The position numbers and the translations under genes were made by a program. A stretch of DNA of 64,000 nt. Source: an uncultured Gemmataceae bacterium (GTDB lineage: Bacteria; Planctomycetota; Planctomycetia; Gemmatales; Gemmataceae). The stretch covers positions 1,120,001-1,184,000 of the forward strand of contig CAVVPN010000012.1 in NCBI GenBank assembly GCA_963750165.1, in the 5' to 3' direction. Positions 18,905 to 27,957 of this stretch are shown here, one piece after another; position 1 is the first letter of the stretch, and the number at the start of each line of letters is the position of its first letter. The notes under the pieces were generated by a model. The model worked only from the letters and a program-made list of their open reading frames with translations. It did no database searches and had not been told where the DNA came from.

Positions 18905-19208
18905 AACCGCACAGTTTACCGTGGTGCGTCAGCGCCAGCAGCCCCTGGATGTGCCGGCAGTAGCCGTGCCGAAGGAAGCCCAGACACTCACATTCGCAGT
19001 CCGCCGCGGCGCCGACGCGGACGTGGTAGAGCGTGCCGAGGCCCAGGCGATGCACCACGAAGCCGCGGCCGCCGATGGCGCAGGCGATCTCGCGGAAGGT
19101 GTAGTACACGGTCGAGTTCGCGTCGCGCACGCAGAAGACGCCAACACCGTCGTCGGCCGGCGCGTACACCAGGCGAATCCACCGCGACGGGGAGGTTGCA
19201 TCGGACAT
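18888..19208 (-). CDS. SWIM zinc-finger protein
   Basis: YHVRVG...CECLGFLRHGYCRH fits the SWIM CxC...CxH pattern. Confidence 0.75.
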   Translation of the reverse strand: MSDATSPSRWIRLVYAPADDGVGVFCVRDANSTVYYTFREIACAIGGRGFVVHRLGLGTLYHVRVGAAADCECECLGFLRHGYCRHIQGLLALTHHGKLCGFTGRG

Positions 19209-19214
19209 GATGTC

Positions 19215-19332
19215 TTCCTCCCCTCGCCCCCTGAAGGGGGCGAGGGGTTGGGGGTGAGGGGTGAACTTCCCGTCTCTGGAACCTGTCCCCCTCACCCCCG
19301 ACCCCTCTCCCCCTTCAGGGGGCGAGGGGAGT
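19215..19332. repeat. REP-like palindromic element (ccctcgccc...gggcgagggg family)
   Basis: Two inverted hairpin units: ctcccctcgccccctgaagggggcgaggggttgggggtgagggg / cccctcacccccgacccctctcccccttcagggggcgaggggag. Confidence 0.8.
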
Positions 19333-19340
19333 AGATGGGT

Positions 19341-20771
19341 TCACGCGCTGCCGCTGACGGCCTTCAGGTCCGCCCGCTGGCCCTCATACGTCTCCGCGAA
19401 CGCCAGCGCCTTCGCGTCCGGCTCCACGCCCCAGGCCCGGCACGCCTGCCGATAAATCGCCGGCCACCAGTTCTCGTGTCGCGTTAGCCCCTGGTCGCGC
19501 ACCGCCTGCCAGTTGCTCAGGATTTTCGACCAGCAGCGGTCGCCGTAGTCCAGCGCCTCCTTGCGGTCGCCGATCTGCGGGATGTACCAGGCGCGGCCCA
19601 GCTGCGCGTGCAGCACCTCATCGGCCCAGTCGAAATCCTGAAGCGTCGCCATCAGCGGCAGCCCTGACTCCTGCGCCACCTCCCACTCGTAGCGCTTGCC
19701 GGTGCGGGTCATCAATCCCTGCTCGATAAAGTACAGCACCGCGTGCCGCTCGATCGGCGTGCATTCCGTGTTCAGCCGCAGCGACCAGTTGTGCGTGATC
19801 CGCGCCTGCGTCCAGTCCACGCCCAGCGCCATGAACCCGACCTCGCCCATCATGGCGTGGCGGGCCTCGTCCCACAGCTGCCGCGACATCGCCAGGTAGT
19901 AGTCCCAGGGTTGGCCCTTCGTCTCGGTGATGATGCTCGCCATCATCTCCGGCACGTCGATCTCGCGCAGCCGCTTGTACAGCATCATCAGCGCCTTGGC
20001 CTGCGGCTCGTACTCCGGGTTGTACAGGAACGACTCCGCGTTGACGCCCTGGTTGTACAGGTCCTGCCAGCGCTCGTCGCGCCGCGGCACCGGGTCGTAG
20101 ACGTAGGGCGTCGCCGAGTACACACGGGCCGGCGCCGTTCCGGTCGGCGCGGTGCCGTCCAAACCGCCCGCGGCGTCCAGACATTGGCCCAGCAGCGCCA
20201 GCCAGTCGGCCAGTTGCCGGCGCGTCGCGGCGTCCACCAGGCAGGCGATGGACTGGCGGCCCAGCGCGATCATGTCCGCCAGCTCCAGCCGGGCGAAGCG
20301 CAGCGTGCGCCGCGAAGGGGCGTCGGTCAGCGGGTTGGTGTCGGCCTGGTAGCGCGCCAGCGCCGCGTCCAGGGCCGGCAGCGCCTGTTCGTAGACGCCG
20401 AGCAGCAGGGCCGCCGTCGTCGGCGCCGCGAGGATTTCATCGAAGAACACGGCCAGCGCCTCATGCGGCACCTCTTCCAGTCCCAGCGGCGGCTCGCGCA
20501 TCTCGCCGATGCGCGTCCGCAGCGCCTGCACGTGCTCGGCACACAGGTACGCATGGTGCGAAAAGCCCGTTTTTAACTCGTAAATGGGCTCCGCGGTGAT
20601 GCGCGCCGTCAGGATTTGATGCAGCCGCTGCCCGGCATAGTGGAAGCGCTTCAGGCGCGCGACGCACGCCTCGACACCCAGGCCAGTCCGGGCGGCGTCC
20701 TCAATGCTCGCCAGCCCTGCCAGCGTCGGCAGTCCGTGGTAGGAGGGTTGAGGGGTAGTTGTGGTGGTCAT
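19341..20771 (-). CDS. Ferritin-like (DUF455-like) diiron protein with an extra N-terminal helical domain
   Basis: Helical protein with ExxH motifs QLWDEARH and DWADEVLH, plus an N-terminal HHAYLCAEH. Confidence 0.6.
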   Translation of the reverse strand: MTTTTTPQPSYHGLPTLAGLASIEDAARTGLGVEACVARLKRFHYAGQRLHQILTARITAEPIYELKTGFSHHAYLCAEHVQALRTRIGEMREPPLGLEEVPHEALAVFFDEILAAPTTAALLLGVYEQALPALDAALARYQADTNPLTDAPSRRTLRFARLELADMIALGRQSIACLVDAATRRQLADWLALLGQCLDAAGGLDGTAPTGTAPARVYSATPYVYDPVPRRDERWQDLYNQGVNAESFLYNPEYEPQAKALMMLYKRLREIDVPEMMASIITETKGQPWDYYLAMSRQLWDEARHAMMGEVGFMALGVDWTQARITHNWSLRLNTECTPIERHAVLYFIEQGLMTRTGKRYEWEVAQESGLPLMATLQDFDWADEVLHAQLGRAWYIPQIGDRKEALDYGDRCWSKILSNWQAVRDQGLTRHENWWPAIYRQACRAWGVEPDAKALAFAETYEGQRADLKAVSGSA

Positions 20772-21027
20772 GGCTCGTCTCCGGGTTGCGCGGGTCGAGC
20801 CCTATTATAGCCGCCACCGGTTCGCTCTGCCCAGCCAGGAGCGCGGCGTTCCTCGTTCAGGCAGGACGAGACCTTGGGGGTAAGAGCGAGCAACCAACCC
20901 ACACTATCCGAGTTCACCCACATGGACGGAAGTCCAACTTGCGGGTAAATCTCCTCCGGCCGCTCGCCTGACGCCCCAGCGATAGTGGCCTGGGGTTCCG
21001 TTCTTCCTCTTGCGAGGCAATCAACTC

Positions 21028-22458
21028 ATGGCAATGCCCTCTTCTGTGCGGCGGGTCGGTGTCGCTGGCGTCGTGTTGTTGCTGCCGCCGCTGCTGGCCA
21101 TCGGCCTGGCGACCCCGGTCGCCCAGGACAAACCGGTCGCGGCGGCGCACCGCGTCAGCAAGATCACCGGCCCGGACGTGAAATCGGCGGCGGAAGTCTC
21201 GGTCGCGATCAACCCGACCAACCCGGACCACCTCGTGGCCGTGTCCATCCAGTACGGCAAACCGGGTACGACCAATTTCTCCTACGCCTCGACCGACGGC
21301 GGCCGCACCTGGAAACAGGCCGACCTGCCCAATCCGCGGAAGCTCGTCCAGGGCGACGACGTGGTCACCTTCACCGCCGACGGCCTGGCGGTGCGCACCT
21401 ACATCGCCTTCCGCGGCAACCGTGGGGAACGGCCGGCGCAGGCCGACAGCGGCATCCTGATCCGCACCTCGCGCGACGGCCTGACCTGGGGCGCGCCCGC
21501 CGCCGCCGTGGAGCACATCAACACCTCGCGGCCGTTCGAGGACAAGCCGTGGATCAAGGCGGACACCGTCAAGGGCTCGCAGCACCGGGGCAACCTGTAC
21601 GTCGCCTGGACGAAGTTCGACGTGTACGGCAGCAAGAAGCCCGAGGACAAATCGCACATTTACTTCTCGCGCTCGAAGGACGGCGGCAAGACGTTCATGG
21701 TGCCGCTGCGCATCTCCGAAAAACCCGGCAACTGTGTCGATGACAGCAACACCGTGGAGGGGGCGTGTCCGGCGGTGGGGCCGAAGGGTGAGGTTCACGT
21801 CGTCTGGGCGGGGCCGCAGGGGCTGGTGTTCACGACCTCGAAGGATGGCGGGTTCCAATTCGGCAAGAACCATTACCTCGGCGAGCTGGCCGGCTGGGAC
21901 TTCGCGGTGGCGGGGCTGGGCCGGGCCAACGGGCTGCCGTCGTGCGGCGTGGACGTGAGCGGCGGCAAGGATCGCGGCAGCATCTACGTCTGCTGGGGCG
22001 ACCGGCGCAACGGCGACCCGGACGTATTCCTGATGGCTTCGCGCGACGGCGGCGCCACCTGGTCGAAGCCGCTGCGCGTCAACGACAACGCGCTGAAGAA
22101 CGGCAAGGAACAGTTCTTTCCGTGGCTGGTGGTTGATCCGGCGGACGGATCGCTGAACATCGCGTTCTATGACCGCCGCGGCCTGGACGGGGCGAACACG
22201 GGGCTGACGCTGGCGCGGAGCGTGGACGGCGGCCGCATGTTCGTCAACCACAAGGTTGAGCAGCCGCCGTTCGACTGCCCCAAGAAGGGCAAATTCTTCG
22301 GCGACTACCTCGGCATTGACGCGGTGGGCGGCCGCGTGGCGGTGGCGTACATGCACTACGTCGAGGGCAACAATGTGGCGCTGTCGGCGGCGGTGTTCGA
22401 CTTCGAACCGGGCACGCAGAAGGCGCGGGTGGCGAAGCAGGGCGACAAGGAGAAATGA
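21028..22458 (+). CDS. Exo-alpha-sialidase-like / BNR Asp-box beta-propeller protein
   Basis: Signal peptide; Asp-box repeats STDGGRTW, SRDGLTW, SKDGGKTF, SKDGGFQF, SRDGGATW, SVDGGRMF; GDY motif near the C-terminus. Confidence 0.85.
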   Translation: MAMPSSVRRVGVAGVVLLLPPLLAIGLATPVAQDKPVAAAHRVSKITGPDVKSAAEVSVAINPTNPDHLVAVSIQYGKPGTTNFSYASTDGGRTWKQADLPNPRKLVQGDDVVTFTADGLAVRTYIAFRGNRGERPAQADSGILIRTSRDGLTWGAPAAAVEHINTSRPFEDKPWIKADTVKGSQHRGNLYVAWTKFDVYGSKKPEDKSHIYFSRSKDGGKTFMVPLRISEKPGNCVDDSNTVEGACPAVGPKGEVHVVWAGPQGLVFTTSKDGGFQFGKNHYLGELAGWDFAVAGLGRANGLPSCGVDVSGGKDRGSIYVCWGDRRNGDPDVFLMASRDGGATWSKPLRVNDNALKNGKEQFFPWLVVDPADGSLNIAFYDRRGLDGANTGLTLARSVDGGRMFVNHKVEQPPFDCPKKGKFFGDYLGIDAVGGRVAVAYMHYVEGNNVALSAAVFDFEPGTQKARVAKQGDKEK

Positions 22459-22754
22459 ATCGTTTTGCCTGCGACTTCATGCGGCATGCCGGGCGATTTA
22501 TAACGACGTGGATGGGAGGGCGGACCCACGTCACGCGGGTGCGGCCCGGCAGCGCCTGCGCCCTGGCTGGCGTCAAGGCGGGCGACATCATCACCGCCAT
22601 CGACAAGGCCGAACCCGCTTCGGCCGAGGAGTTCCGCAGCCGTCTGCGCCGGGCGACGGTCCAGGGGCAGGCCGCCCTGTCCGTCCGCCGCGGTAACCAG
22701 GATCTCCAGGTTCAGGTCAAGTTCGCCAGGCGCGGCGCGAACGGAGCCAATTGA
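22455..22754 (+). CDS. Small PDZ-domain protein or fragment
   Basis: VTRVRPGSACALAGVKAGDIITAID...LSVRRG, a typical protease-type PDZ domain. Confidence 0.6.
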   Translation: MNRFACDFMRHAGRFITTWMGGRTHVTRVRPGSACALAGVKAGDIITAIDKAEPASAEEFRSRLRRATVQGQAALSVRRGNQDLQVQVKFARRGANGAN

Positions 22755-22849
22755 CAGATTCAGGCCGCCCGTACCGCGCAGCCCCGGCCGTCGCTTTGCT
22801 ATCATCATGATGTAGCGGGTTGGCATTCGCGGCGGGGAGTTGGCAGCGC

Positions 22850-24280
22850 ATGGCGACGACAGTCCCACCACCAACGGATTTATCCTCGGCCGCCGCGCTG
22901 GTCGAGGAGTTGCCGCCGCACGTGTGGTCCGTGGACGCGCTACGGCGGCTGGCCCACCTGCCGCACGCCGTCTGTCTCGACAGCGTCATGCCGCACGCCA
23001 CGTTGGGCCGCTACTCCTTCGTCAGCGCCGATCCGTTCGACTGGCTGCAATCCCGCGGCACGACTGCCGGCGACCCATTCGCACTGCTGGCGGAGCGGCT
23101 GCGGCGCTGGCGGACGGCGACGCTGCCGGACCTGCCACCGTTCCAGGGCGGCGCCGCCGGCCTGTTCGGCTACGACCTGTGCCACCACCTCGAACGTCTG
23201 CCGCGGCCGCGCTGCGATGACTTCACGGTCCCGGACCTGGCCGTCGGTTTTTATGATTGGGTGCTGGCCTTCGATCACGAACACCGCCGCGGCTGGCTGA
23301 TCTCGACCGGCCTCCCCGAGCTGGAGCCGGGCCGCCGCCGGCAACGGGCCGAGAAGCGCCTGCGCGCCGTGAAGCGGCTGCTGCTCGAGGAGCCACGGCC
23401 CACGGCGTGGCGCTGGCAGGAGCCGCAGCCGCTGCGGGCGCCGCAGTTCGCGGTGCCGGGCCGTCCCGGCGTCACCAGCACGTTTGACCGCGCCGGCTAT
23501 CTGGCCGCGGCACAGCGGGCCATCGACTACATCCACGCCGGCGACTGCTTTCAGGTCAACCTGGCACAGCGCCTGTTGACGCCGGCACGGCTGCCGCCGC
23601 TGGAACTGTACACGCGGCTGCGGCAGTGTAACGCCGCGCCGTTCGCGGGCTATTTTGACCTGGGCGAGTTCCAGATCCTCAGCGCCTCGCCAGAGCGCTT
23701 TCTGCATGTCGCCGGCGGCGAGGTCGAGACGCGGCCGATCAAGGGCACACGGCCCTGCGGCGCCACGCCCGCTGAAGACCAACGCCGCGTCGCGGAGTTG
23801 GTCGGCAGCGCCAAGGACCGGGCCGAGAACGTCATGATCGTGGACCTGCTGCGCAACGACCTGGGCCGCGTTTGCGAATATGGCAGCGTGTGCGTGCCCG
23901 AGGTGTGCGGCGTGGAGACGTACCGTTACGTGCATCATCTGGTGTCGGAGGTGCGCGGCCGACTGCGGCCGGGGCTGGGACCGGTGGACCTGCTGCGGGC
24001 GGCGTTCCCGGGCGGCTCGGTCACGGGCGCGCCGAAGATTCGCGCCATGGAAATCATCGCGGAACTGGAGCCGGTGAGTCGCGGCCCGTACTGCGGCAGT
24101 CTCGGCTACCTCGGCTTTGACGGCGGCATGGATACAAATATTTTGATCCGCACGCTGACGCAGGGCCGCGGCTGGGTGCAGTTCCCGGTAGGCGGCGGCA
24201 TTGTCGCGGACTCGACGCCGGAGGTCGAGTCCGCGGAAACCTGGCACAAGGCCGAGGGACTGCTCAGGGCGCTGGCATGA
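22850..24280 (+). CDS. pabB: Aminodeoxychorismate synthase component I
   Basis: PFQGGAAGLFGYDL, GDCFQVNLAQR, SASPERF, TRPIKGT, ENVMIVDLLRNDL, FPGGSVTGAPKIRAMEII. Confidence 0.88.
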   Translation: MATTVPPPTDLSSAAALVEELPPHVWSVDALRRLAHLPHAVCLDSVMPHATLGRYSFVSADPFDWLQSRGTTAGDPFALLAERLRRWRTATLPDLPPFQGGAAGLFGYDLCHHLERLPRPRCDDFTVPDLAVGFYDWVLAFDHEHRRGWLISTGLPELEPGRRRQRAEKRLRAVKRLLLEEPRPTAWRWQEPQPLRAPQFAVPGRPGVTSTFDRAGYLAAAQRAIDYIHAGDCFQVNLAQRLLTPARLPPLELYTRLRQCNAAPFAGYFDLGEFQILSASPERFLHVAGGEVETRPIKGTRPCGATPAEDQRRVAELVGSAKDRAENVMIVDLLRNDLGRVCEYGSVCVPEVCGVETYRYVHHLVSEVRGRLRPGLGPVDLLRAAFPGGSVTGAPKIRAMEIIAELEPVSRGPYCGSLGYLGFDGGMDTNILIRTLTQGRGWVQFPVGGGIVADSTPEVESAETWHKAEGLLRALA

Positions 24281-24852
24281 TCCTCGAAGGCATTGTCACG
24301 ACGGTTGGCCCTGACGGCGGCGTCAACGTCGCGCCGATGGGGCCGCGTGTCGAGCCGGGGCCGCTGCGGTCCTTGCTGCTGCGACCGTTCCGAACGGCCC
24401 AGACCTACCGCAATCTCAAGCACCACGGCGAGGGCGTGCTGCACGTGACCGACGATGTGCTGCTGCTGGCCCGCGCCGCCCTGGGGGCGCTGGAGCCGCC
24501 ACCATTGCGGCCGGCGCAGCGCGTGCGTGGCTTCGTGCTGGCGGACGCCTGCCGGGCGTATGAATTCCGCGTCACCGCCTGGGATGAGAGCGGCGAGCGC
24601 GTCGGCATCACGGCGGAGGTCGTTCACGCCGAAACGCTGCGCGACTTCTTCGGCTTCAACCGGGCCAAGCATGCGGTGGTCGAGGCGGCCATCCTGGCGA
24701 CGCGCACGGACTTTCTGCCGCTGGCGGACATCGAGGCGGAGTACCGCAAGCTGGCGGTGCTGGTCGAGAAGACCGGCGGCGAGCAGGAGCGGGCGGCGTT
24801 CGCCTTCCTGCAAGCGCACCTGGTGCGGGTGGCGGCGCGGCCTAGCGCTTGA
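24277..24852 (+). CDS. DUF447 family protein
   Basis: MILEGIVTT...NVAPMGP...GFNRAKHAVVEAAILATR; ATGA overlap with the pabB stop codon. Confidence 0.85.
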   Translation: MILEGIVTTVGPDGGVNVAPMGPRVEPGPLRSLLLRPFRTAQTYRNLKHHGEGVLHVTDDVLLLARAALGALEPPPLRPAQRVRGFVLADACRAYEFRVTAWDESGERVGITAEVVHAETLRDFFGFNRAKHAVVEAAILATRTDFLPLADIEAEYRKLAVLVEKTGGEQERAAFAFLQAHLVRVAARPSA

Positions 24853-24954
24853 TGGGCGCGGCACCGGGTCAGTGGCGAACGGCCAGTCGGTGGGCTGGTA
24901 GCGAATCTCCAGGTGCGGCGTGAGCACGACGCGGTGCTTCTCGTTCCGGCTATC

Positions 24955-25203
24955 TGGAGCGGTTCCCGCGCGGCTCGTGCAGGGGTGGTGGGACGGCTGG
25001 CACGGCGCGACCACCACTGGCCACGGCTGCCACAGCAAGGGGGCCAAGGAGGCCAAGGGGGCCAACTTTTTCACACGTCGAGATGCGGCGCCCTGGCCCC
25101 GCGCGGCTGGCACGGCGCGACCACCACTGGCCACGGCTGCCACAGCAAGAACGCCAAGGACGCCAAGAACGCCAACTTTTTCACACGTCGAGAATCGGCG
25201 CCT
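24955..25203. repeat. Second, inverted copy of the 110-bp tandem repeat element
   Basis: Reverse complement of the 15471-15696 element; units at 25001 and 25111; one terminal motif tggagcggttc at 24955. Confidence 0.85.
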
Positions 25204-25260
25204 CTGGCTCACGATTAAACGGGACGAGAGCGGTTCGCAGACGACTGTAGCGGTCGTGTC

Positions 25261-25472
25261 TTTCGCCCCGAAGGAGCGGGACAACTTAGCCCAGGGCAAC
25301 GCCCTGGGAACCAGGGAGGCGACTGTTACCCTGCTTTCTTCCGTGCCCTGAAGGGGCACACAACAACGCTTGGGGTGCCCCTTCAGGGCACGGAAGAGAG
25401 AAGAGGGGGGGTCGCATCGGCGTCCCCAGGGCGTTGCCCTGGGCTAAGTTGTCCCGCCCCTGCGGGGCGAAG
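25261..25472. repeat. Nested palindromic REP-like element
   Basis: Outer arms ttcgccccgaaggagcgggacaacttagcccagggcaacgccctggg / cccagggcgttgccctgggctaagttgtcccgcccctgcggggcgaa; inner arms ttccgtgccctgaaggggcac / gtgccccttcagggcacggaa. Confidence 0.85.
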
Positions 25473-25601
25473 AACCCACCACACCCGAACGCAACGCGCT
25501 GCTCTGTAAATAGGCCGCATTCCTGATGGTACGTTCAGTGGTTGCGGCCATTTTCATGAACTCTGGGTGAACCCCAGTTCATGACGACTCTAATTGAATT
25601 A

Positions 25602-26654
25602 CTACTTCACCTCAAACATCGCGAACCGCCGCGACCGCTGCACCACCTGCCCCTGCTCCGTCGCCGTCACGAACAGCGCCGCGGCATCATCCATCGTTTC
25701 GACCAGCTTCAGCCCGCGCTCCGGCCCGAGCACGCACAGCGCCCCCGCCCAGCCGTCCGCCGTGCGGCCGTTCGACATCACCACCGTCACACTGCCGCGC
25801 CGCACCAGGCCCAACCCCGTCTTCACGTCCACGTGATGGCCGTAGCGCTTGCCGTCGATCTCGACATACTGCTCCGTGTCGCCGGACGTGGACACCCCCG
25901 CATTCCGCAGCAGCACGAACGTCTTCGGCGGCGTCGTCGGCTTCTCCAGCGGCGCGACGCCGATCTTCCAGCCCTTTGCAGCTGGCGGCGGGTCGCCGAC
26001 CACGATGTCGCCGCCGGCCGCCACCAGCGCCTGGGTGATGCCGAGCTGCCGCAGCAGCGCTAACAGCATTTCCGCCGCGTAGCCCTTGGCGATGCCGCCC
26101 AGGTCCAGCAGCATACCGGTCAGCGTCAACTGCACCGTCTGGTCCTTTGCGTTCAGCTTGATCTTGCGGTAATCGACCAGCGCCAGCGCCTTGCGCAGCT
26201 CGTCCGCGGGCGGCAGTTGCTGCGTGCGCCGGGCGAACCGCCACAGCTTCACGACCGGGCCGCAACTCACGTCAAAGGCGCCGTCCGACCACTCCGAGAT
26301 GCGCTGGGCCCGCTCCAGCACCTTGAACAGGTCCGGGCTGACCTTCACTGGGTCGCCGCCGGCCTTTCGGCACAGTCGCATCAGTTCGCTGTCCTTCTTG
26401 TAATCGCTCATGATCTGGTCGAGTTCCGCGGCACGCGCGAAGGCCGCTTTGGCCGCCTTCTCCGCGGTCGCTCGGTCCTTCGCGTAGAACACCAGGCGGA
26501 ACGTCGTGCCCATGTGCGGCTGCTTGAACTCGAAGCGCTCCGCCGCCTGGGACGTGGGGCAGACATTCCTGTTTGCCGGAAGTTTGGCAGACAGGAATGT
26601 CTGTCCCACGCAGGGCAATGTCAGTCCCAGGCAGCACACGACGATTTTGCGCAT
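25602..26654 (-). CDS. apbE: FAD:protein FMN transferase
   Basis: HMGTTF, GAFDVSCGP, LDLGGIAKGYA, AGGDI, GVSTSGD, RYGHHVD. Confidence 0.9.
   Translation of the reverse strand: MRKIVVCCLGLTLPCVGQTFLSAKLPANRNVCPTSQAAERFEFKQPHMGTTFRLVFYAKDRATAEKAAKAAFARAAELDQIMSDYKKDSELMRLCRKAGGDPVKVSPDLFKVLERAQRISEWSDGAFDVSCGPVVKLWRFARRTQQLPPADELRKALALVDYRKIKLNAKDQTVQLTLTGMLLDLGGIAKGYAAEMLLALLRQLGITQALVAAGGDIVVGDPPPAAKGWKIGVAPLEKPTTPPKTFVLLRNAGVSTSGDTEQYVEIDGKRYGHHVDVKTGLGLVRRGSVTVVMSNGRTADGWAGALCVLGPERGLKLVETMDDAAALFVTATEQGQVVQRSRRFAMFEVK
26554..26609. repeat. REP-like doublet inside the apbE coding sequence
   Basis: gtggggcagacattcctgtttgcc-ggaagttt-ggcagacaggaatgtctgtcccac; same family as the intergenic copy at 27881-27937. 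Confidence 0.85.
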
Positions 26655-26713
26655 GGTCAGGCACCCGGCTGGCGATTACACTTCCTCAGGAGAATACCTG
26701 GAGAGTACCACAG

Positions 26714-27757
26714 ATGCGCCGCACATTACAGCACCCGTTCGCCTGCTGTCTGCTCGCCGTGACCGCGGCTGCTCTCGGTCTGGGCGCGCCGATGTTCCCC
26801 GGGCAGGTGGACCTGAAAAAACTGCCGATCATCAAGGCGAAGACGCACAGGGATTACGTCGAAACCATCGCCGGCACCAAGGTCAGTTTCAAGATGGCCG
26901 CGATCCCCGGCGGCACCTACCGGATGGGCAGCCCCGCCAACGAACCGGGCCGCAAGGCCGACGAGGGGCCGCAGCATCCCGTCACGGTCAAGCCGTTCTG
27001 GATGGGCAGGACCGAGGTCACCTGGGACGAGTATGACCTCTACTGGAAGAAGCGCAAGGGACCGCCGAACCCCGATCCGACCGAACGCGACAAGACCGCC
27101 GACGCCGTGACCCGGCCGACACCCCCCTATGACGACGAAACCTTCGGCCACGGCCGCAAGGGCCACCCGGTCCTCTGCATCACCCACCACGCCGCGATGG
27201 AGTATTGCCGTTGGCTGTCCGCCAAGACCGGCAAGACGTATCGGCTGCCGACCGAGGCGGAATGGGAATGGGCCTGTCGCGCCGGCACCACGACGCCGTG
27301 GAGCTGCGGCGCCGACCCGGCCAGGCTGGACGATGTGGCCTGGTACAACAAGAACGCGGAGAACGTCGCGCACAAGGTCGGTCAGAAGCAGGCCAATCCG
27401 TGGGGCCTGCTCGACATGCACGGCAACGTCGCGGAATGGTGCGTCGATCACTACTTCAAGGACGGCTACAAGAAGTTCCCGCTCGACAAACCATTTCTGC
27501 AGCCGGTGGAGCTGCCGACGGACGCCCGCTATTCCTACGTGGTGCGCGGCGGTAGCTGGGCGGACCCGCCGGCGATGCTGCGCAGCGCCACCCGCCGTGG
27601 CTCCAACAAGGACTGGCTGCGCCGCGATCCGCAGCGGCCGCAGAGCATCTGGTGGATGACTGACGCGGATTTCGTCGGCTTCCGTGTCGTCTGCCCCGTC
27701 GAGGAGCAGGAAAACCTCAAGGGACTGCGTTCCAAGGTGACGCGGCAGAGCGATTAA
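26714..27757 (+). CDS. Formylglycine-generating enzyme (SUMF1/FGE-sulfatase) domain protein
   Basis: IPGGTYRMGS, EGPQH, TEVTW, YRLPTEAEWEWACRAG, NPWGLLDMHGNVAEW, VRGGSW, GFRVV. Confidence 0.9.
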   Translation: MRRTLQHPFACCLLAVTAAALGLGAPMFPGQVDLKKLPIIKAKTHRDYVETIAGTKVSFKMAAIPGGTYRMGSPANEPGRKADEGPQHPVTVKPFWMGRTEVTWDEYDLYWKKRKGPPNPDPTERDKTADAVTRPTPPYDDETFGHGRKGHPVLCITHHAAMEYCRWLSAKTGKTYRLPTEAEWEWACRAGTTTPWSCGADPARLDDVAWYNKNAENVAHKVGQKQANPWGLLDMHGNVAEWCVDHYFKDGYKKFPLDKPFLQPVELPTDARYSYVVRGGSWADPPAMLRSATRRGSNKDWLRRDPQRPQSIWWMTDADFVGFRVVCPVEEQENLKGLRSKVTRQSD

Positions 27758-27879
27758 AGCGGTTCACAGCCGCGTGGATCACGCCCCGTAGGACGGCTCT
27801 CCAGAGCGGTCTCCGAGACAAGGACGGCTCTGGAGAGCCGTCCCACAGGCTGTGCGCAAACCAAGTGTGAACCGCTCCA
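27755..27879. mobile_element. ~120-bp MITE-like element with internal REP-like palindrome pair
   Basis: Perfect 11-bp TIR agcggttcaca (27758) / tgtgaaccgct (27866-27876); internal gtaggacggctctccagagc...ggacggctctggagagccgtcccac. Confidence 0.75.
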
Positions 27880-27880
27880 A

Positions 27881-27937
27881 GTGGGGCAGACAGAAATGTC
27901 TGCCGGTGAGGTTGGCAGACAGGAATGTCTGCCCCAC
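27881..27937. repeat. REP-like doublet (gtggggcagaca...tgtctgccccac)
   Basis: Inverted arms; matches the copy inside apbE. Confidence 0.85.
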
Positions 27938-27957
27938 GTCCGGATTGAAAGCACAGC

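Noticed and set aside
26714..27757. FGE/C-type-lectin-fold protein as a DGR target
   Set aside because: No second copy of its 3' region and no RT nearby.
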